The notes beneath the pieces are model-generated. The model saw nothing but the letters and a program-made list of their open reading frames with translations, was not told the origin of the DNA and searched no databases. The translations under genes were made by a program, and so were the position numbers. 13,549 nt of DNA from Nitrospirales bacterium (lineage in GTDB: Bacteria; Nitrospirota; Nitrospiria; Nitrospirales; UBA8639), in contig CBDBCZ010000003.1 in NCBI GenBank assembly GCA_965203295.1, positions 1 to 13,549 of the forward strand, in the 5' to 3' direction. This document shows, in pieces, positions 8,710-13,549 of this stretch. Numbering within the stretch: the stretch's first letter is position 1; each line of letters opens with the position of its first letter.

Positions 8710-8790
8710 GTGAAGGGTTTGACCAAAACTACCGTACCCCTTTTCATGGTGATTGGCTAAAGCCTCATACTGGCTGCACCAGCCTGAGCG
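8710..8790 (+). pseudogene. Degraded signal-peptide 5' end of a secreted (possibly Sel1-type) gene cut by IS3
   Basis: MKGLTKTTVPLFMVIG*SLILAAPA*A resembles a Sec signal ending LAAPAWA; stops at the IS3 left end. Confidence 0.4.
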
Positions 8791-8793
8791 TTT

Positions 8794-9824
8794 TGGACTT
8801 GCTCTGAATCGGTGGACACTCCTAAGCTTAAAATTAAAGCAGAGGAGGACCCGGTATGACCAAAGGGAAATTTGCAGACGAGTTCAAAGAAGAAGCGGTC
8901 AAGCAGGTCATCGAGCGGGGGTACGCCGTGGGCGATGTCGCGAAACGCTTGGGGATTTCGGTGCAAAGTCTGTACAAGTGGGTCAAGGTGTATGCCCCCA
9001 ACACCACCGATCGGTATGAAGCCGAACTCAAAGAGGTGCGGCGCGAGACCCTGAAGCTGAAGGCGGAACTCAGTCGAGCTCAGGAAGAGCATGAGGCGAA
9101 TGGCCGCACCTATGGTGCCCCCCGCATTCTTTGCGATCTGCGAGAAGTGGGGGAATGTGTGGGCAAGAACCGGATTGCCAAGCTGATGAGGCGCCATAAG
9201 ATCCTCGCCCAGCGAGGGTATAAGCCACCCGGCGTGCGTTATACCAAGCCGGCGGTGGCTGCCCCGAATCGCTTGGAGCAACAGTTTGCGATCGACCGGC
9301 CGGATCATGTGTGGGCGACCGACATCACCTATATTCGGACCTACGAAGGGTGGCTCTATCTGGCGGTAGTGATGGATCTCTACTCACACCGGATCATCGG
9401 CTGGTCGATGAAGGCCACCCTGGCCAAAGAAATTGTGCTGGATGCCTTACTGATGGCCGTCTGGCGACGCAAGCCCAAGCAGAACGTCATTATCCATTAT
9501 CCATTCGGATCAGAGGTCGCAGTTCAGCAGCGATGACTGGACTCGATTCTGCCAGACACATGCGTTGCTCCCCAGCATGAGTCGCCGAGGCAACTGTTAT
9601 GATAACGCGCCGGTCGAGTCCTTCTTCGAGAGCTTGAAGAAGGAGAAAATCCGTCGCCACATCTTCAAAACCTGTGAAGTCGCGCGAGCCGAATTATTCG
9701 ATTATATTGAGGTGTTTTATAATCGGGCGAGACGTCATCAACACCTAGGAAATATCAGCCCAACAGACTATGAGCAACAGATGGCAAAACTAGGCTGAGT
9801 GTCCACGCAAACGAAGCAAGTTCA
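8794..9824 (+). mobile_element. IS3-family element, internally deleted and frameshifted (1031 bp)
   Basis: 27-bp terminal IRs TG...CA (8794-8820, 9798-9824; 20/27 match); OrfA FKEEAVK; OrfB TYGAPRI, WATDITYI, LAVVMDLYS, HSDQ.SQF, SRRGNCYDNA..ESFF, YNRARRH. Confidence 0.96.
8856..9798 (+). pseudogene. IS3 transposase pseudogene (orfA-orfB fused by deletion; frameshift at ~9495)
   Basis: LSRAQEE joins directly to HEANGRTYG; duplicated CATTATC (9488-9501) shifts the frame just before HSDQ. Confidence 0.88.
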
Positions 9825-9842
9825 AAATAACGTGACATAGGG

Positions 9843-9870
9843 TTTACAAGTGTTGAACTTAGCCTAAACT
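9843..9870 (+). promoter_or_regulatory. Candidate sigma70 promoter for the RRM gene
   Basis: TTTACA (9843-9848), 16 nt, TAAACT (9865-9870). Confidence 0.4.
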
Positions 9871-10080
9871 GGTGCTAGGCTGGCTCGTCAATCGATCGCT
9901 ATGGGGCCTAGCGATAAAGGATAAAAGGTGTGAGAGGCCCTCAGCAGACGTGGACTGGTGAAAAAGATCCTTCTTGAAATAGGTCAGATGAGACGAAGCT
10001 TTGCAGGGCGGTTGTCTATCTCCCCTTCCTATTTCTCCCATCTCTGGGACAATCTCGAACACAGTTAAACGGAGGTAGAT

Positions 10081-10371
10081 GTGAACCAAAAAATCTATGT
10101 TGGCAACCTTGCCTACGGCTCGACAGATCAGGACTTGCAAGAACTCTTTGCACAGCATGGGACAGTTCAAACGGCAAATGTTGTGACAGATCGGGAGACT
10201 GGCCGATCCAGGGGATTTGGATTCGTCGAAATGGCGAGTGCAGAGGAAACACAAAAAGCCATTAGTGCATTGAATGGGACCGAGTTTCAGGGTCGAAACC
10301 TGGTTGTGAATGAAGCCCGTCCCCAAGTAAGAAAAAGGGGTCCTAGGGAAAGGGGGCCAAGGTCATACTAA
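10081..10371 (+). CDS. Single-RRM RNA-binding protein (Rbp type)
   Basis: RNP2 IYVGNL, RNP1 RGFGFVEM, DRETGRS, LVVNEARP; GGAGG RBS before GTG. Confidence 0.97.
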   Translation: MNQKIYVGNLAYGSTDQDLQELFAQHGTVQTANVVTDRETGRSRGFGFVEMASAEETQKAISALNGTEFQGRNLVVNEARPQVRKRGPRERGPRSY

Positions 10372-10376
10372 AGGTT

Positions 10377-10400
10377 TGGTCAGACAGCACTGACCATTTT
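10377..10400 (+). terminator. Probable intrinsic terminator
   Basis: TGGTCAG-ACAGCA-CTGACCA stem followed by TTTT, just after the stop codon. Confidence 0.55.
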
Positions 10401-10755
10401 CAGGTCCCCTATATCGTGGGTATTGGGAGGACAAGCCAAAACTCCCAGGAAAGAGGCCTACCGTCTGGCCCAAATCTCAATTGTTCTCACCTCTGTTCTC
10501 AACTCCGAGTAAAGTCTGCTAGTCTTTTGCATCGTGAAATCGCCTATGGCTTTGTTGGGCGATCGTCATCTCTGGATCTCTTCTACTCTCCATTCTAGAA
10601 ATTCGGAAAACTCTTTTTGGGGACAATGTCAGAGGCATGGACTACGGACAGATTCTTTGTGGGGCTTGTCGTTAGGTCCAATGTTCCCTAATCAACTAGG
10701 ACGAAGGTATCTAAGATAATGAAAATACTGTGAAAATCGAAATTTGATTTTTAAC

Positions 10756-10784
10756 TTTACAATCTTGATCATTGACGGTATTCT
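10756..10784 (+). promoter_or_regulatory. Candidate sigma70 promoter for the desaturase
   Basis: TTTACA (10756-10761), 17 nt, TATTCT (10779-10784), with an AT-rich upstream tract. Confidence 0.5.
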
Positions 10785-10990
10785 AGAGATTACTCGCCTA
10801 TACAGTGCTGTTGCGGATTCCCTTCACCCTCATGTGGGAAGGGGCTCTTAAGACGGTAGGGTGAGTTTCTTTTTGTGGAAAACACTTCAAGGACAGCACC
10901 TCACTTTCATGATTCACAAAGTAAGGGTCCAAACAAGGGCAAGGTTCCTTGGGTGAATAATGTGTATCTATATCTAGAGGATTTCTATTC

Positions 10991-11857
10991 ATGACTCATC
11001 ATTCTGAACAACAAACAATCGAACTCACCAGAAACTTTGACTATATGACGACATTTCTCTTTAGCCTTGTCACGCTTGGGGCAATTATTGGGCTTCCCAC
11101 CTTTGCCTATTATTATGATTTTACTTGGTTGGACTGGACCATGTTTGCCATTCTTTACATGATTTCGGGTTTGGGAATTACAGTGGGGTACCATCGCCTC
11201 TGCGCCCATCGAAGTTTTGACTGCCCAGATTGGGTGAAGAGAGTGTTATTAATCGCCGGTGGGTGGGCGTTGGAAAACTCCGCACTGAAATGGTCTGCCG
11301 ACCATATTCGGCATCATGCGCGATGTGACCTGGAAGAAGACCCCTATAATGCCAAACTAGGGTTTTGGTATAGCCATTGCGGCTGGCTCTTTTGGAAGGA
11401 TCCCCATAAGGCTGAGAAGTATGCCACCCGCCTTAAACAGGATCCTGTGGTCATGTGGCAAAACAAGTATTATGTGCCTATTTTCCTCTCCGGGTTTTTG
11501 CTCCCCTTTGTTGTAGGCTTTCTTTATAATGGATGCTTCAGTGCTTTGGGGTGCTTCCTTCTCGCAGGGTTAGGACGGACGTTTTTCGTTCTTAATTCCA
11601 CTTTCTGTATTAATTCAGTCTGTCACCTATGGGGGAGCCAGCCACACGGAACGAGTGATTCCAGCCGGGATAGTTGGTGGGTTTCCTTAGTCACTTTTGG
11701 AGAAGGCTATCACAACTATCACCACATTTACCAAAGCGACTATAGGAACGGACCAAAGTGGTATAATTTCGATCCTTCTAAGTGGTTGATTTATTCACTC
11801 TCCCTGCTTGGATTAACCAATTCCTTGCGCCGAGCGACCACGACACCAACCCGCTGA
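10991..11857 (+). CDS. Membrane fatty-acid desaturase (delta-9 acyl-lipid/acyl-CoA type)
   Basis: His boxes GITVGYHRLCAH, DHIRHH, GEGYHNYHH; GFWYSHCGW, INSVCH, FDPSKWLI. Confidence 0.96.
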   Translation: MTHHSEQQTIELTRNFDYMTTFLFSLVTLGAIIGLPTFAYYYDFTWLDWTMFAILYMISGLGITVGYHRLCAHRSFDCPDWVKRVLLIAGGWALENSALKWSADHIRHHARCDLEEDPYNAKLGFWYSHCGWLFWKDPHKAEKYATRLKQDPVVMWQNKYYVPIFLSGFLLPFVVGFLYNGCFSALGCFLLAGLGRTFFVLNSTFCINSVCHLWGSQPHGTSDSSRDSWWVSLVTFGEGYHNYHHIYQSDYRNGPKWYNFDPSKWLIYSLSLLGLTNSLRRATTTPTR

Positions 11858-12074
11858 AAATTTCATAGTCTTTACTCTCACTCACCGACACAGATGACCT
11901 GAAGCGTGGGACCTTTTCTTCAATTTCCCATTTTCTTCTCCCCATTGAAGGGGATTCAAGAATTTAAAACTCCCTCCTACTCTCTGGCACTTTATTGTTT
12001 CATTCCACCATTGGGGACACGCCCATATTTCGGTAACTCTCCCAAATTCGAACTCTAAAGATTGAGTCTTTTTC

Positions 12075-12116
12075 AAAAAAAAAAGACCTTGCCGAATGCA
12101 TCGACAAGGCCTTTTT
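12075..12116 (-). terminator. Intrinsic terminator after tRNA-fMet
   Basis: Minus strand AGGCCTTGTCGA-TGCAT-TCGGCAAGGTCT followed by a run of T. Confidence 0.85.
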
Positions 12117-12134
12117 CATCAAACAGATTTCGAT

Positions 12135-12491
12135 TGGTTGCGGGGGAGGGATTTGAACCCCCGACCTTTGGGTTATGCATACCACTACAGCTTGCGCTGC
12201 CTAGCTGAACCAGTTTGTGGTCTGGACTTTCTCTTCACCCTCGGTCCGGCTATCCCGCCGTTAGGGTGCCTGCCGTTAAGTCTCTACACCTTCTCTGTTA
12301 GTCTTTCCACTATCAGAGCTTGGCTCGGGATTACCGCGCCACCGGTTTCCCCGAATTTGACAGGTGATCGCACAGAAGTTTCCTTCTGTACAGCCCGATG
12401 TAGGATTGATTGCTAAATGTGGCAGCAATAGGCGAATGAGAGAATCCTACGAAATTGAGCCCAACGAGCTACCAGACTGCTCCACCCCGCG
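12135..12491 (-). tRNA. Initiator tRNA-fMet (CAT), split: exon 1 12491-12458, exon 2 12177-12135
   Basis: Spliced 77 nt CGCGGGGTGGAGCAGTCTGGTAGCTCGTTGGGCT|CATAACCCAAAGGTCGGGGGTTCAAATCCCTCCCCCGCAACCA; C1:A72 mismatch and three G-C pairs in the anticodon stem are initiator hallmarks. Confidence 0.97.
12178..12457 (-). ncRNA. Group I intron (280 nt, tRNA/IC3-like), no ORF
   Basis: Follows U33 and ends in G. P AAATTCGGGGAA (12347-12358), Q AATCCCGAGC (12323-12332), R GTAGAGACTTAA (12276-12287), S AAGAGAAAGTCC (12224-12235); P7 GACTT/AAGTC, P8 CACCCT/AGGGTG, GAAA-capped P2, GCAA-capped P9 hairpin. Confidence 0.95.
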
Positions 12492-12496
12492 ACGCA

Positions 12497-12527
12497 ATAG
12501 TAGCATAGGCCGTGGAGGAAATGTCAA
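12497..12527 (-). promoter_or_regulatory. tRNA-fMet promoter
   Basis: Minus strand TTGACA (12527-12522), 19 nt, extended -10 TGcTACTAT (hexamer 12502-12497), just upstream of tRNA +1. Confidence 0.6.
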
Positions 12528-12581
12528 CGCAAGTGTGTTGGACTTTTTGAAATTCTGGTCCTTGTGCTATCGTGGAATACG

Positions 12582-13226
12582 ATGATCGTCGCCATCGTCT
12601 TTGGTCTCTTGTTATTCGTGATGCTTCTCATCGGGGATTGGTATCAATTCACCAACCTTCGAGGACTCTCTGCCCGATATGGGTGCGGAATTTCTCAACG
12701 AGAGGAATGGTTGGAAAACAAGCAGGCAGATGGCTTGAATAAACGGTTCGACCAAAATGGGTTTTTACAATTGCCCCATGGCATGGCACGATGGTTTGAC
12801 AGTCAACAAGTGATTGTCATCAGACCCTTTTATGGGCTATTCGCTATGCGTTTTCGAACAGCGTGGCCTCTCAAAGGCACCATAGACGTTTGCTCTACAG
12901 AGCAAGCCCTTGCCTTTAAGCTCGTCAAACGCATGCCGTGGTCCTCGGCCATTCTTGCACTCATCTGGCTTGGTCTTGTAAGCCTGGGCACATTGGCTTT
13001 TCTTGTCTCTTTTGCCATGGATGGCGGATTTGGATCTGCAGGAGGACTGCTGATGGGTCTGGGAGTATTCGTACTAGGGGTGTTGGTTCTGGCCTTCGGG
13101 TTGATCCTCATTTCCCTCGCCTATAAGCTTGAGGACCAACGTCTGATGCAAGTGTACGAAGAACTTTGTCATGCTTTGGTGGCACTCCCTACCTCTAAAA
13201 ACCTCAAATGGGAAGGACCATCTTAG
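12582..13226 (+). CDS. Hypothetical membrane protein (N-terminal anchor plus two C-terminal TM helices)
   Basis: Long ORF; ATG 12582 preceded by GTGGA; three hydrophobic segments; no family recognised. Confidence 0.82.
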   Translation: MIVAIVFGLLLFVMLLIGDWYQFTNLRGLSARYGCGISQREEWLENKQADGLNKRFDQNGFLQLPHGMARWFDSQQVIVIRPFYGLFAMRFRTAWPLKGTIDVCSTEQALAFKLVKRMPWSSAILALIWLGLVSLGTLAFLVSFAMDGGFGSAGGLLMGLGVFVLGVLVLAFGLILISLAYKLEDQRLMQVYEELCHALVALPTSKNLKWEGPS

Positions 13227-13234
13227 TAATTCGT

Positions 13235-13549
13235 TTACGACTCTTTTTCGATTAGATCTGTCAATGTTTTCCTGATGTTTTCAGCCCGAAATTCGGGAAT
13301 GGTAAAAACCCACCCTTGAAGTCTTTGGTTGAGGCCGGCTACTTCCGCTTGAACGTCTTCTTCCGATTTCATTTTTGGTGTCTTGGGTTCGCTTTCATCC
13401 GCTTGTTTGGCGTTTGGCGATGAGTCCTGAAACCCTTGTTCTTTTGATATCTCCTGGTTGTCGCCTTTTTTAGGAGCTTGATCAAGCTTTTGAATAATGT
13501 TCCGATCAAACCCCGAAGAGACGGTGACGTAGGTCTTCCCATCTTTTTT
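13235..13549 (-). CDS. 3' end of a DUF4340-like protein (runs off window; absent from ORF track)
   Basis: Open frame of 104 aa: KKDGKTYVTVSSGFD...AEVAGLNQRLQGWVFTIPEFRAENIRKTLTDLIEKES*; LN.R..GWV..IP resembles DUF4340-protein tails. Confidence 0.75.
   Translation of the reverse strand, partial: KKDGKTYVTVSSGFDRNIIQKLDQAPKKGDNQEISKEQGFQDSSPNAKQADESEPKTPKMKSEEDVQAEVAGLNQRLQGWVFTIPEFRAENIRKTLTDLIEKES

Noticed and set aside
8340..8747. 135-aa minus ORF and 97-aa plus ORF (8415-8708) as intact genes
   Set aside because: Each is a chimera across the ~8518 junction between an integrase remnant and a Sel1 remnant.
10416..10719. Two ~60-aa ORFs between the RRM gene and the desaturase
   Set aside because: No RBS or recognisable motif; treated as intergenic.
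12096..12416. 106-aa ORF as an intron-encoded homing endonuclease
   Set aside because: It is antisense to the tRNA and ribozyme core and shows no LAGLIDADG, HNH, GIY-YIG or PD-(D/E)xK pattern.

Overview
Bacterial chromosomal window (gene style suggests Nitrospirota, but that is inference only). The left core block is the 3' end of atpD, atpC, an RluD-like pseudouridine synthase and a hypothetical gene. Next comes a ~5.3 kb island (2882-8252) integrated in tRNA-Arg(TCG) in an unusual way. The duplicated 44-bp att core is the 5' half of the tRNA, so the truncated copy sits behind the apparent native promoter and the intact tRNA lies directly behind the island's integrase, whose stop codon is inside the tRNA. 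The island keeps an intact xis-int module with recognisable arm, IHF and Xis-type sites. Its cargo is decaying: a DUF799-like lipoprotein remnant, a membrane protein / helical lipoprotein / small coiled-coil trio, and IS6, IS4 and Sel1 scraps. To the right are a second integrase remnant, more Sel1 remnants and an internally deleted IS3, then an RRM RNA-binding protein and a fatty-acid desaturase. An initiator tRNA-fMet on the minus strand is interrupted by a 280-nt group I intron after U33. The window ends with a membrane protein and the 3' end of a DUF4340-like gene.
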